Assembly: GCA_951406725.2 (NCBI GenBank)
Contig: OX597815.1
Coordinates: 24,986,001-25,050,000 of the forward strand
Direction of reading: 5' to 3'
Source of the DNA: Octopus vulgaris
Lineage: Eukaryota
Length of the DNA stretch: 64,000 bases
Below, piece by piece: positions 14,539-28,052 of the stretch. Each line of letters begins with the position of its first letter. The stretch's first letter is position 1. Both the position numbers and the translations under genes were made by a program. The notes below the pieces were generated by a model that had not been told where the DNA came from, searched no databases, and saw nothing but the letters and a program-made list of their open reading frames with translations.

Positions 14539-14697
14539 CATGTGTGAGTGTGGCAGACGGGTATATGTGTGTGCGTATCCGCACACACACATACATACAC
14601 GCACACACATATACACACATATATATATATATATATGTGTGTATGTATATGAGTGTATATGTATTTGAATGTGTGTGTTTATATATATGCATGTATG

Positions 14698-14728
<31 letters not shown>

Positions 14729-14741
14729 GTATGTATGTATG

Positions 14742-14780
<39 letters not shown>

Positions 14781-14797
14781 ACACACACATATATATA

Positions 14798-14833
<36 letters not shown>

Positions 14834-15040
14834 TGTATTTATGTATGTTAGCATGCACATGATTTTAGCAAGAATGCCCGTGCTCGCACACACAGACACA
14901 ATGACATGACAAGCACATATAGATTCACACTCACTGCACGCACACTTATACACGCGTACGCACACACGCACACACGCACACACGCACGCACACGCGCACA
15001 CACGCACACACGCACACTCACACAGAACACAACACACACT
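13656..15040. repeat. Compound (TACA)/(TA)/(CA)/(CGCA) microsatellite field
   Basis: Direct reading; short unique spacer 14170-14450. Confidence 0.9.
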
Positions 15041-15064
15041 AAAAATAAATCATAAACCCCTAAC

Positions 15065-15328
15065 CACTTTCCTATTGGCTTACGCTCAAGTAGAATCCCG
15101 CCTTATATATTGCACGTTCAGACTGTATCGTCTGTACTTTCAGCTTAGCCGTCATCTAATACACGCAACATGCCCACTAGTAACCAATTTCTCAAATGTC
15201 TTTTATTACTGACTATTGTCCCTCTAGCCTACGCTACATTCCCGCGTATCGGAGCTTTGAATGTCCAAGATTTTAATCCTTCTAAAATAGACAACAAAGC
15301 CATTGTTGGTGTGTTTTTTAAGGTATGT
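15065..15328 (+). promoter_or_regulatory. Candidate Pol II core promoter and non-coding first exon
   Basis: ATTGG (reverse CCAAT, ~15074), CCCGCC (~15097), TATATATT (~15103), Inr-like TTCAGCT (~15139), donor-like AAG|GTATGT at 15322/15323. Confidence 0.3.
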
Positions 15329-15559
15329 ATACACATTTATTTATAAAACAAATGATGTGTCTGTCCCATGTTGTGTAACAATATACTTTTCTATTACCAT
15401 AGCAATTCAAAAACAGTTTGCTATGTTTACGATATCGAGAAACTATCAAATATATTACAACCTTTTTCGTTATCCTTTTTAATTTATAATATATATGTAA
15501 TAATTTCCCAATATTTTAATTCATTCTCGTTGCTAAAACTGTTCGTCTATTCGTCCATT
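15323..15559. repeat. Right arm of the ~237-bp inverted duplication
   Basis: Reverse complement of 13419-13655. Confidence 0.9.
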
Positions 15560-17355
15560 GTTTTGTTTTTTTCTTTTCCCTATATATGTGTCCGCGTGTT
15601 AGTATCTGTATTCAGTGTTTATGTTTTCTAAACTTACATAGGAGAGTAAAAATCGGAAAAAAATAATTTTTCTCGCTTCGTTTATTTCAGGGGATAATTT
15701 GCTAAAGATAGTTTACTGCTACATTTATTCAGTAGAAATGTGCTATTCTATTATATTTGCCTTTTCACTTTTTGTAGTAACATTCATTCATTCCAATTAT
15801 CACCACCACCACCACCACCACTTTCCAAAACGATCCCTTGCGTTTATAATTTTTAATTTCTAGCAGACGATACAAATTATCTTCATTTCTTTGTTTCTTT
15901 GCTTCTTTCGTTCTTTTCGTCTCTTCTCTTTTTCTTTTTCTTTTCTTCTTCATCATTATTATTATTATTTTGTTTTGTTCTTATCTATGTTTATGTGGCT
16001 ATACTGAGATACCCATTAATACATCAATAATAGTAATGCTATTCTGTAGTCTATAGATGGGATTGATTTGCGCAGGAATTACCTGTGCAGGCTGCTGCAA
16101 TATATATGTGTTTTAATGTGCTGCTAAAAACTCTTATCTAATATTGCACCTGTATACAAGACTGTTATGTAGTAAGTACATGGGACTCGTACACACTAAC
16201 GATTCCGAAATACATGTAAGCGATGTAGAAAGAAAATTCTAGCTACAATACAGCGTCCAAACAAAGACGTTCTGTTTGCATTATAACAATTTGTTTTCCC
16301 TAGCTTCATCAGCACTAGGATATCATGAAGTGGAATGTGCACCTACCCCCCGGCAAAGTGCAGCTAACAACTGCCGTGGATATACTCTATGGCTGACAGA
16401 CTGAAGCATTAAATATTAAAGAGTTAGAATAAGAATTTTGAGCGTCCACTATCTTTCGCTTTTATTTATTATGGTGTACGGATAAAATTTCATATTAAAC
16501 AATTGATAAATCTGTACGGAAAACCATCGTATTAAATTATATAACTGTGTAAATAAATTAATATACTCGTCATATAAATTTTTTCTATTAATATCTCTAA
16601 ATCGGTAAAGAATAATATACTAAATGTATTTCATATATGTTCAGATATAAAAATAGAATTTTGTATAAAAATATAAAGGTCTGTACAAAATTTGATATTG
16701 CAGGATGCAGATCCGTGCGTATCTTTTATCGAATTTCGTTTTCGAATTTGATATCAGAATCTATAGATTTCTGTTGAGTATCGATTTCTTACATAACTAC
16801 AAGGCTTCGGACCTATAACTATGGGCAAATAAGAATGTATGTGACGCTTATAACTTTCTAAATAATATCAGTGACATAACTACATGTATGCTAACCACCG
16901 GGAATCGATACCGAGTTGAGGCCTTGGATTGCCAAGAGATTACATCTACTTAATACGCACTCTACAGTTCTCTTCAGAATATTGGTTTATTCTCAGAAGC
17001 ACCAGGTTCTTTAGAATTCTCTTAGGAATATTGATATAGTTCACACATGGAATTTTATGTTATGTGTTATTAGAACAATTATATTCTGTATATAATGCTA
17101 TATACTTAGTGCTTATAATTACCGTTTACTTGCGATGTTATCTGAATCAGATTTTAAAGAGGAGGCTATAAATAGACTTTGAAGTAATTTTAGCAATAAT
17201 ATAGTATTTGTTGTATGATATTTGTATGATATAGTATTTACTTTTATTATTCCACAGTATTTTTGTTCTTTTTTTTTTCCTTATTCATCAGCACAAAGCT
17301 AAGTGGAAGGAATGGGACGTGCGCATCTCTTTCTCTCTCTCTCCCTCTCTCTCTC

Positions 17356-17406
<51 letters not shown>

Positions 17407-17438
17407 AGAGAGAGAGAGAGAAAGAGAAAGAGAGAGAG

Positions 17439-17476
<38 letters not shown>

Positions 17477-17512
17477 GTAGGTAGGTAGGTAGGTAGGTAG
17501 ATAGATAGATAT

Positions 17513-17606
<94 letters not shown>

Positions 17607-17622
17607 TGATAGATAGATAGAT

Positions 17623-17864
17623 AAGTTTCTTTATTGGCCACACAGGGCTGCACACAGATGGGACAAGTTACAAGGTAGAGCTTTTTGGGGGGGATGAAAA
17701 AAACAAAAAAACAAAAGAAACAAAAAAACAAAAGAAACAAAAAAAAGGGGGTGGTGTAGGTTTTCGATCAAGAGGGATCGTAAAAGGGAAGAAAAGAACA
17801 AAAAAAATAAATAAATAAATAAAAGAAAAAAAAGAAAAAGAAAAAAAAGAAAAGGAAAAGGAAC

Positions 17865-17865
<1 letters not shown>
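17623..17865 (-). mobile_element. 3' UTR fragment of Tx1-like LINE inserted in (GATA)n
   Basis: 3' end ..GCCCTGTGTGGCCAATAAAGAAACTT|ATCTATCT, same as the LINE end at 33421; (GATA)n on both sides. Confidence 0.8.
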
Positions 17866-17952
<87 letters not shown>

Positions 17953-18452
17953 CAGATAGATAGATAGATAGATAATGGGACTGTTTATCCTTTCCATCTT
18001 TAACCGAGGCTTATGATGTTCAGTATCAGAATTTGATGAAAATATACATATACATTCAGACTTGTATGTATGTAAATATGTTTGTATGTATGCATGTATA
18101 TATGTATGTATGTGTGTATGTATGTATGTATGTATGTTTGTTTGTTTGTGTATGCGCGTGTGAGTATACGTGTGTGTTTGTGTTTGTGTGTGGGTGTATG
18201 TGAGAGAGAGAGAGGGGGGAGAGTGTGCGTCCTTGTGTTTGCCTTCCCTAATACCATTTGGCAACTGGTGTTGGTTTGTTTACGACCCCATAACTAAGCG
18301 GTTCAGCAAAAAAGGCCGAAAGAATAAGTACCAGGTTACTAGTTTTTAATCGATTGTAAAAGAGAATACAGAATGTAGCGGAAATTTTTCTTTTCTTTTT
18401 AATTAGCAAAGTGTTCGTTCATTGCTCTACTGCTGTGTTCGTCGTATATTCT

Positions 18453-19528
18453 TATTTCTTTACTGCCCACAAGGGGCTACGCACAGAGGGGACAAACAAG
18501 GACGGATAAACGGGTGAAGTCGATTATATCGACCCCAGTGCGTAACTGGTACTTAGGCGAGCTGGCAGAATTGTTAGCACACCGGGCGAAATGCGTAGCC
18601 GTATTTCGTCTGCCGTTACGTTCTGAGTTCAAATTCCGCCGAGGTCGACTTCGCCTTTCGTCCTTTCGGGGTCGATAAATTAAGTACCAGTTACGCACTG
18701 GGGTCAGTGTAATTGACTTGATCCGTTTGTCTGTCCTTGTTTGTCCCCTCTGTGTTTAGCCCCTTGTGGGTAGTAAAGAAATAGGTACTTATTTAATCAA
18801 CCCCGAAAGGATGAAAGGCAAAGTCGACCTCGGCGGAATTTGAACGCAGACCGTAGCGACAGACAAAATACCTATTTCTTTATTACCCACAAGGGGCTAA
18901 ACATAGAGGGGACAAATAAGGACAGACATAGGTATTAAGTCGATTACATCGACCCCAGTGCGTAGCTGGTACATATTTAAACGACCCCGAAAGGATAAAA
19001 GGCAAAGTCGACCTCGGTGGAATTTGAACTCAGAACGTAAAGGCAGACGAAATACCTATTTCTTTATTACCCACAAGGGGCTAAACACAGAGAGGACAAA
19101 CGAGGACAGACAAACGGAATAAGTCGATTACATCGACCCCAGTGCGTAACTGGTACTTAATTTATCGACCCCGAAAGGATGAAAGGCAAAGTCGACCTCG
19201 GCAGAATTTGAACTCAGAACGTAACGGCAGACGAAATACCGCTGAGCATTTCGCCTGGTGTGCTAACGTTTCTGCCAGCTCGCCGCCTTAAATACTTATT
19301 TCTTTATTGCCCACAAGGAGCTAAGCACAGAGGGGACAAACAAGGACAGACAAACGGATTAAGTCGATCATATCGACCCCAGTGCGTAGCTGGTACATAT
19401 TTAAACGACCTCGAAAGGATGAAAGGCAAAGTCGACCTCGGCGGAATTTGAACTCACAACGTAACGGCAGACGAAATACCGCTAAGCATTTCGTCCGGCG
19501 TGCTTACGATTCTGCCAGCTCGCCGTCT
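18453..19528. mobile_element. Nested and tandem SINE family A cluster (minus-strand array with a plus-strand copy at 18556-18783)
   Basis: Outer TSD TTCGTCGTATATTCT (~18438, ~19529); inner TSD GGTACTTA (18548-18555, 18784-18791). Confidence 0.9.
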
Positions 19529-20149
19529 TTCGTCGTATATTCTTGATATAAAAAATATTTCGTCAGCCCATACCTACGCTTAAACTGTACAATGACCCCA
19601 CCGGCCCCATCAACTCCATAACAACATTTAGTCCCAATTCTAATCCACTCTTAATATTAGTCCCTATCTTAATCGTAACTCACTCAAACCCAAACCCAGC
19701 TTTGCTCTAACCTTAACAGGTTGTAAATATCAGGAGTTAATTATGAAAATCGGTGGGAGCTAAGTTCATATCACACGCATACACGAATACATGTAAATAC
19801 TACCCCGCATAAACGCACAAACGCGCACAAACACACAAATACCCCTACACATGCATGACGAATGCGAGCACACACATACAAAAAGAAATACATGAACACA
19901 CATATACACATACAATCACCGGATGTCGTGTGTGAACACTTACGTGAAAACAATATGAAGGAAAGAGAATACACAACACTGAAAGTAGAGTAATAAAATA
20001 TAATGGATTGTAAGCTGAAATTTCAGAAATCGTTACTCGGGTTTTCTTCTTTACGATCTTCAGACAATTAAATATTCGACCAAATGTCTGGAAACTAGAA
20101 ATTCAGTGTAAGGATTAATCCGTTTGTCTGTTTCAGCTTCCAATAACAT

Positions 20150-20612
20150 ACGCATGTATGTATGCATGTATGTATGTATGTATGTATGTATGTATGTATG
20201 TATGTATGTATGTATGTATGTATGTATGTATGTATGTATGTTTGTATGTATGTATGTGTGTGTGTATGTATTTATGTATGTATGTATGTATGTATTTATA
20301 TGTATGTATGTATTTGTATGTATGTATGTATGTATGTATTTGTATGTATGTATGTATGTATGTATGTATGTATGTATGTATGTATGTATGTATGTATGTA
20401 TGTATGTATGTATGTATGTATGTATGTATGTGTGTATGTATGTATGTATGTATGTATGTATGTATGTATGTATGTATGTATGTATGCATGTATGCATGTA
20501 TGTATGTATTTATGTATGTATGCATGTATGCAAGTATGTATGTATGTATGTATGTATGTATGTATGTGTGTGTATGTATGCATGTATGTATGTATGTATG
20601 TATGTATGTATG
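20150..20612. repeat. (TATG)n microsatellite
   Basis: Direct reading. Confidence 0.95.
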
Positions 20613-21265
20613 CATCAGTCCGATAAAGCCAACAATAATGAAACTTCTAAGTGACTGTCAACGCTCTCGCTATCAAAAATATATTTGATATGCAGATGTA
20701 TTGAGCGACAGTGTGTGTGTGTGAAGGAGAGAGAGGGGGGGGAGAGAGGGAGATAGAGAGAGGGAGATAAAGAGGAGGAGAGAGAGAGTTTAGCACATTA
20801 ACGTTGACTAAGAACTCTCGCAAGTAGAGAAACGGAGATTCACCAGGAAAGTCTTTGTCTCAGCGCAACGACTCTCATCAGCAGTGTGCAGTATAAATCT
20901 GTCTCTTAGACCTGCCTCTTTATGTTAATTGGCTTTCGTTACTTCATATAATTTTCTCTCCATACTGTATTGTGTTTAAAGAGTCCTGCATTAACTTGTT
21001 ACTATTGTGGTAGTTGTTGTTGTTGTTAGAGGTGCTGGTTTTGTTTAACTGCATGCCAGCCGTGGTTGAACAAGACTATGGTCAACGATATTCATATCCT
21101 GAGGATCCTATCTTGTTCTGTTTTTTTAAACGTGTTGTATCTAGGGCTACGTTTTCGAATATGTTCTTTCTTTTCTAAGACAGTAGGATTTGATTTCAGA
21201 GACCTTTAAGCTGATACTTCTAGCTGGTCGTGAGTCGATGTAACGCTCCCTCATTGACACTCCCC

Positions 21266-21274
21266 ATCTCTCTC

Positions 21275-21334
<60 letters not shown>

Positions 21335-21490
21335 TCTTTCTCTCTTACTCTTTCTCTCTCTCTCTAACTTTCTCTCTCTCTCTCTCTCTAACTTTCTCTC
21401 TCTCTCTCTCTCTCTCTCTAACTTTTTTTCTCTCTCTCTCTCTAACTTTCTCTCTCTCTCTCTCTCTCTAACTTTCTCCCTCTCTCTCTC
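21266..21490. repeat. (CT)n microsatellite with recurring TAACTTT interruptions
   Basis: Direct reading. Confidence 0.95.
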
Positions 21491-22070
21491 CATGTCACTT
21501 GCTCCTTCTTCCTTGACCACTAATGGGAGGCTTTGTGTAGACTCAATGACAAAACCAAGCGAGTGAATCGGTAGACGCTGAAAATGCGTGCTCGAAAAGT
21601 TAAGTTACTCATTGCCCTTTTCGTGTCCATGAGAGGATGTAACATTAGTAACGCTTGCAGCTTTACGTATACATTGCTCCCACTGCTTTCAACAGTGGGC
21701 ACTACTTACCACATGGTAATTATTTACAGTTAGAGCTAAATTATTGATAGATTAAAGCCAATATCCAAACTAGAAGATGATGGTAACGCCACAAGAAATT
21801 ATGCAATGAAGTTGGTTATTTGAATAAATTCCTATGCTGTAGGGATAAAGAGAAATTTGACATTTGTGGGGCCGAATACCATTTATTTTGTCCTCTCATA
21901 TGAGCACCTTTTGTGTTAATCTACTTCATTTGTTTGAAACCTTGAGTATGTATTTGCGTTCAACTTTGTGCAAATAAATTAAATGTTATTTATTTTATAA
22001 AAATGAATTAATTCCTATGTTCTATGATGCGTTACGAATTATTTTTCGTTTATATATATATACATACATA

Positions 22071-22607
22071 ATTTTCAGGATGAGATAAAAATCCAAGGCT
22101 GTAAAAGATTTTAGAACATTTATAGATAAAAGGTCTTGCAGCTGTTTCCGGGATATTTTATATATCCCTTCATCGGAGACGGTGTGAGATGGTTCAGCAA
22201 TAGTTATTTTAGATAATATATGAAATAGAGAGTGGAGTGGAGGAATAGAAATAGACGTGAGATATGCAGGGATATTGCATCTGTAAATCCATTATTTAGG
22301 CAGAATAAGATTCCAGTGCCTTGTGAGTAAGTTGGAACTTACTCACAAGGTACTGGAATCTTATATGTATATCACTCTGCCTAAATAATGGATCTACGGA
22401 TGCAATATCCCTGCATATCTCACGTCTATTTTCATTCCTCTACTTCACTCTCTATTTCATATCTTAAATAACTGTTGCTTAACCATTTTCTCGCACCGGC
22501 TCCGATGGAGGGATACATAAAATATCCCGGAAACAGCTGTAAGGCCTTCTATTTATAAATGTTCTAAAATCTTTCACAGCCTTGGATTTTTATCTCATTC
22601 TGAAAAA
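22071..22607. mobile_element. ~540-bp palindrome: inverted pair of Penelope-like pLTRs, each with a hammerhead motif
   Basis: Arms are reverse complements around a centre at ~22334; motif CCGATG(A/G)-AGGGATA..TATCCCG-GAAA-CAGCTG-(T/C)A at 22133-22180 (-) and 22498-22546 (+); flanked by TA-rich sequence. Confidence 0.8.
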
Positions 22608-22758
22608 TTTTTTTATATATACTCATGCTGATATATGACCTACGTTGAACTCCTCATTTGCATAATCACCGAACCTGAAGCTTAACTATAGTCTGTCCAT
22701 AGCACTTACTCAGCATTACCTGACACCTTTGGATCTTACTGACACCATTACCTCTCCC

Positions 22759-22794
<36 letters not shown>

Positions 22795-22821
22795 GATATA
22801 TATATATATATATATATATAT

Positions 22822-22960
22822 CTGTGTCCCTTTCTGTTGACGAGCGTAGGCTCGAAACGTAAAATACTTTTTCTATTCCTGAGCGTTATACTAATACATC
22901 TGTTTGTTTTGTGCACCACCTGTCTTCGTCTTTTGTTTTTTTTTTTCGTAAACTCTCCCT
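22822..22960 (+). mobile_element. Penelope-like fragment in (TA)n with degenerate hammerhead remnant
   Basis: TTGAC-GAGC gtag GCTC-GAAA-CG-TA; downstream TTCCTGAGCG motif shared with the 6850-7158 fragment. Confidence 0.55.
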
Positions 22961-23719
22961 ATATATATATATATATATATATATATCAGTATGCATGTAC
23001 ATGTAATTAAGGATTATCTTTAATTACCCATACGATTAAAGTTAACAATAATTGCAAAAAAGTCATTGTTGAGGAAAAGAGGAAGGTTTCTAGTCAGCCA
23101 AGTTTGCTACCTGGACCGAATTTCCCATTCTAGACTTCTCCTTTACTTGCATTAATATAAATAGATAAATAAAAAGCAGAAAACCTTCCTCTGTATGCCT
23201 GAGCATGTATGTTTATGATTGAAATCAATAACTATCGATTTAATAGATCCGTAAATTTGATCTATGAGAGTGCAATAAGCTTGGTGGAAAGCTCCCGGTT
23301 AGAGGCGTCTGTGACTCAGTTTTCTACGATTTCTGGGCGCAGGTCAACCTGACTCATTCAGAGTAATAAGCTTGGCAAAGCCGACCTGCCTATCACATTA
23401 CATTTTATTAATATGATTTCTTACTTCTCGTTAGAGAATTTAATAACATAGAATTTATTTTATTAACACTATCTTGAATGACCGACAATACAACTATTTG
23501 GAAACAGTTTCATACATCTTTACCGGTGTTAGTAAATAGATTTCTTTACATTTGTGATGGAAATCTTCCATGTAAAGAGGGAAAAGAAAGGATTTAAAAA
23601 AGAATAAGACTAATAAAATTTGGAAGTATAAGCTTTATAGTTTTCTTCATTTTTTTAAAGTAATTGATGCTACAGGTTGCATGTTACAAATTGAAATATT
23701 TGTAATCTGGAATAGAATT

Positions 23720-23870
23720 GAGAGAGGGAGAGAAGTGGAGGAGAGAGAGAAGTGGAGGAGTGAGAGGTGGGGGAGAGAGAGGTGGAGGAGAGAAAGAGAT
23801 GGAGGAGAGAAAGAGGTTAGGGGAGAGAAAGAGGTGGAGGAGAGAGAGAGAGAGGTGGAGGAGAGAGAAT
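23720..23870. repeat. Purine-rich GGTGGAGGAGAGAGA-type low-complexity repeat
   Basis: Direct reading. Confidence 0.85.
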
Positions 23871-24188
23871 GTACACAGAAATAATTGAAAGCGTACAGTT
23901 TCAGAGTCACAGGCATGCGAAAGCATTCGAACTCATTTTCGTAAAGATTTCTATAAAATGGCTTAAAGCGACAAATTTGTTAGGCTTGAATATTATTTAT
24001 TTAAACTAATTTATGCAGACGAATTGTCTGCATAAATGAGATAACGAAAGGTTATGCCGACCTAGATGTGATTTGAACTCAGCACCCAGAGCAATCATTC
24101 TAATTCTATTCCGCGTCAAACTCTCGACTGCTTTTTTTTTTTTTGCAATTCATCACTTTATACTGTTTAATATTATACAAGTATTTTT

Positions 24189-24335
24189 ATGAGTTCAAAT
24201 TCCGCCGAGGTCGACTTTGCCTTTTATCCTTTCGAGATCGATAAAATAAATACCAGTTGAGCACTGGGCTCGATGTAATCGACTAACTTCTCCCCCAAAA
24301 TTGCAGACCATGTTCCACAATTTGAAACCAATACT
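24189..24335 (+). mobile_element. 5'-truncated SINE family A (old tail)
   Basis: Core and tail motifs. Confidence 0.8.
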
Positions 24336-24649
24336 ATGGAGGCTTTAATTAAATTACTTTTTTCATCTAGCTATGATGAAAGCCACCTCTATTATCAAGT
24401 TTGCGTGACTTTAAACAGTAAAATCGAATAAAAGTAACAAACTTTCTCTTTTTTTTTTTTGCCATGATGTTTTGTTAATTAAAATCTATAGATAATATAA
24501 GATCCAATTACTGTGTGCGGTCGTAAATACTGTACATGCAAGAATTGGTAGAGCAGTAAACAAATTGTTAATTGATTATGTCTCTTTAAATCCCAAGTTC
24601 AAACCCGTTGAGGTCATCTTTTCCTTATCTCCATTCAGCTGTTGACTAT

Positions 24650-24870
24650 ATACTCTTTTTTTACTTTTACTCGTTTCAGTCATTTGACTGCGGCCATGCT
24701 GGAGCACCGCCTTTAGTCGTGCAAATCGACCCCGGGACTTATTCTTTTGTAAGCCCAGTACTTATTCTATCGGTCTCTTTTGCCGAACCGCTAAGTGACG
24801 GGGACGTAAACACACCAGCATCGGTTGTCAAGCAATGCTAGGAGGACAAACACAGACACAAACACACACA

Positions 24871-24916
<46 letters not shown>

Positions 24917-25081
24917 TACGACGGGCTTCTTTCAGTTTCCGTCTACCAAATCCACTCACAAGGCATTGGTCGGCCCGGGGCTATAGCAGAAGACACTTGC
25001 CCAAGATGCCACGCAGTGGGACTGAACCCGGAACCATGTGGCTGGTTAGCAAGCTACTTACCACACAGCCACTCCTGCGCC
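24650..25081 (-). mobile_element. Full-length SINE family B
   Basis: Complete head, body and tail. Confidence 0.9.
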
Positions 25082-25234
25082 AATATGTACTATTGAAATA
25101 ATGAATTTGACTCAATCCAATATATTGCTTCCCAAAAATGTTAGGTTGTGTATTTCTGTCAGGAATTAGTTACTGTGTATAGCCCCTGACTATAAATAAT
25201 TAAAATAAAACCGCTACAGATAATCATTTCTAGT

Positions 25235-25438
25235 GAAAGCACAGGGCCTGAAATTTGGGAGCAGGGGACTAGTCGATTACATCGACCCAGTGCGTAACTG
25301 GTACTTATTTCATCGACCTCGACAGGATGAAAGGCAGAGTCGACCTCGGCGAAATTTGAACTCAGAACGTAATGACGAACGAAATGCCGCTAAGCATTTT
25401 GCCCGGTGGGCTAACGATTCTGCTACCTCGCCGCCTTG
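25235..25438 (-). mobile_element. SINE family A (old tail)
   Basis: Head and core motifs. Confidence 0.85.
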
Positions 25439-26524
25439 AAACAGCTACAAATAATAAAATGAGCAAAGTAGAAATTGTAAAATAATCTGTGTCACCTTCA
25501 ATAACAATAACTTACAAGTTTTTGATACTTAATCCTTAAAATGAACATTTCTATGTAATTGCTGAAGTATTGTAGCAACCTTCCATGTGACACTTGCAGA
25601 ACAATATTCATGGCCACTTAATTGTTATAAATAGAAATGCCGGGAATGACTAAATTTGCCGGAGATAATACTCGATGCGAAAATCTTCATATAAAATTAA
25701 AGTTTAGGCGACAGATTTTGTGTTATGTTTTAGATTTATTTCGGATGGTAGACATAATCCGTAGCTCAGTTTAACACTACCGCTGGGCTCTTATATGCTT
25801 TTGCGAGCACTCAGACAAGAACTACAGTCTGAAGATAACCAATGAGTTATAGGTTTTGCCCTCTCTTTCTGTCCAGTAGTATCGTAAGTCTTACGATAAA
25901 GGATAAGACCGCAAATAAAGGATAAGACCACTGCTTTTTTCTCTCTAAGTAAGTCATAAAAAGATCGGTGAAATTTCGAAGCAAATAAAGCTGCCAATAA
26001 TTGCGTATAAGCATTAGGTTAAAAAACTTTAGATAGAAAAAGTCGAAGGATGCCTCCAATCTACCAATTGACATGTATTCAGATCTGTTTTTTCTTTTTT
26101 TTTTTCTGTGTTTGTGTTCTCAGTTCAAACCCAGTTAGGAGTAATGAAATAATCATTACCAATGTACCATTAATGTCAATTAAACCAGCTATAAATTTTA
26201 CGAGAGTATCATTGTACTGATATAAGAAGTAATTCATTGAGAGCAGTGGAGCGGCACAAACCACAGAATGTTACATACCATTCACTTCACATCCACAGTT
26301 TCATTTTCACTCTTAGTAAATCTGATCACGTCGTGCTGTTTTGAGTCAAAACTAACCATAATAAAGAAAATATGATGCTAGACTGTACAAAATAACCTAG
26401 CATTTTATGTTGTGCATGGCTAGCTAAAACACATACACACAAGCACTCACATACATACATACATACATACATACATACATACATACATACATACATACAT
26501 ACATACATACATACATACATTCAT

Positions 26525-26630
26525 TTACACCCTGTTGATGTTGAAATTCCAATGAAAGAGCCTTGGATCTAGGTTAGAAACCGACTCTTTCTCTATTGAG
26601 AAGAAATATTGAAATAAAACTGAATAATAA
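26525..26630 (+). mobile_element. Short 3'-end copy of the R4/Dong-like element, embedded in (CATA)n
   Basis: GTTGATGTTGAAATTCCAATGAA..TTGAAATAAAACTGAATAATAA|CATACATACA, matching 27955-28052. Confidence 0.8.
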
Positions 26631-26690
26631 CATACATACATAAATACAGACATATATACACATCCCTCTTTCAATTTATACATACATACA

Positions 26691-28052
26691 TTAACTACCA
26701 AGCGTCGAAGTGCATCCCTTGACCAAGTTTGCATACATGAGGTTGATAACACCATAAGACTTGGAAGGCAGCTCCTTGAACAACACTCTTTGTCTGATAA
26801 CCTAGAATACATGCCCAAAGAAGTCGCGCGACTCTACCGCAACGTATCATCAGAAGAAAGGATGAGCCTATATGAGCAGAAGACTATGCATGGGTATGTT
26901 AGTAGAAAGCTCCTGAGATGATAGTAACATCGATCATCAAAGCATAGCCGGATTACAACGTTCCACTTTGAAGAGTATGCGTTTGCAATCCAGGAACAGG
27001 AAATATCGACCAATACCTGATGGACAAAAGGGATAGAGATGCAAGGATAACAGAAAAATGCGACTTTGTGGAGTTCACACTGAAAATATCACCCATATCA
27101 TAAGCAGTTGTCTGAAAATGTCACCACGGTATTATCTAGCGATGAGACATGACGTTGTAGCTAGGACACTCTATAATGAACTTTGCCATTCATCCTTTCG
27201 GGGTCGATAAATTAAGTACCAGTTGCACACTGGGATCGATCTAATCGACTTAATCCATTTGTCTGTCCTTGTTTGTCCCCTCTATGTTTAGCCCCTTGTG
27301 GGCAGTAAAGAAATATATAATGAAATCTCTCGGAAGGATAATCCCGAGGACAAAGAAATAAAAACCAACAATATGGTAGAAGCCATAGCCACTCATAATG
27401 AAAAAGAAATATTGGCGGAATGAACCAGTGAAGGCCTCAATAAAATGTAAGCACAACAGATCTGATATAATGATTTGGGATGAAGAAGAGAAACTGTGTA
27501 CAGTTGTGGAAATTAGCTGTCCAGCGGATGTTAACATAAAGCAGAAGATCAGTGAAAAAGAGAACACCTATGCTGAACTATCGAAAAATTTGCAGTTACT
27601 CTATCCAGAATACAAGTTCAGGTTTATACCTGTAATTATTAGGGCACTGGGATATATAACACACTGCCTAAATACCAATCTTGAGAAATTAGGCTTCTCA
27701 AAACCAGAAAGGAAAAAGATAATTAGAAGACTACAGATCCAATCCACCACTGGAACTGTAAAAATCTGTAAAACTTTCCAGAAGTTTATCATTTAAGTAT
27801 ATATGAGCATGTCTAGATATGCAACTATATGCATAAGAATACATACAAAAAACAAACATACATACATACATACATACATATATACATACATACATACATA
27901 CATACATACATACATACATACATACATACATACATACATACATACATACTAAAATACCCTGTTGTTGATGTTGAAATTCCAATGAAGGAACTTTGGATCT
28001 TGGTTGGTTCTTTCTCCATCGCCAAAAAATCTTGAAATAAACTGAATAATGA
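26691..28052 (+). mobile_element. 5'-truncated RLE-type non-LTR retrotransposon (R4/Dong-like), degenerate
   Basis: YEQKTMHG, FAIQEQEIST, zinc knuckle C.LCGVHTENITHIISSC followed by RHDVVA, then restriction-like endonuclease HNR(S/P)DI..VVEISCP..N..K..EK (ORF 27398-27796); interrupted by a SINE. Confidence 0.85.
27181..27315 (+). mobile_element. 5'-truncated SINE family A inserted in the RLE element
   Basis: TSD TATAATGAA (27172-27180, 27316-27324). Confidence 0.9.

Noticed and set aside
19600-19720. Telomere-like CTAACC repeats
   Set aside because: Highly degenerate, no run of perfect TTAGGG units; more likely part of an old repeat
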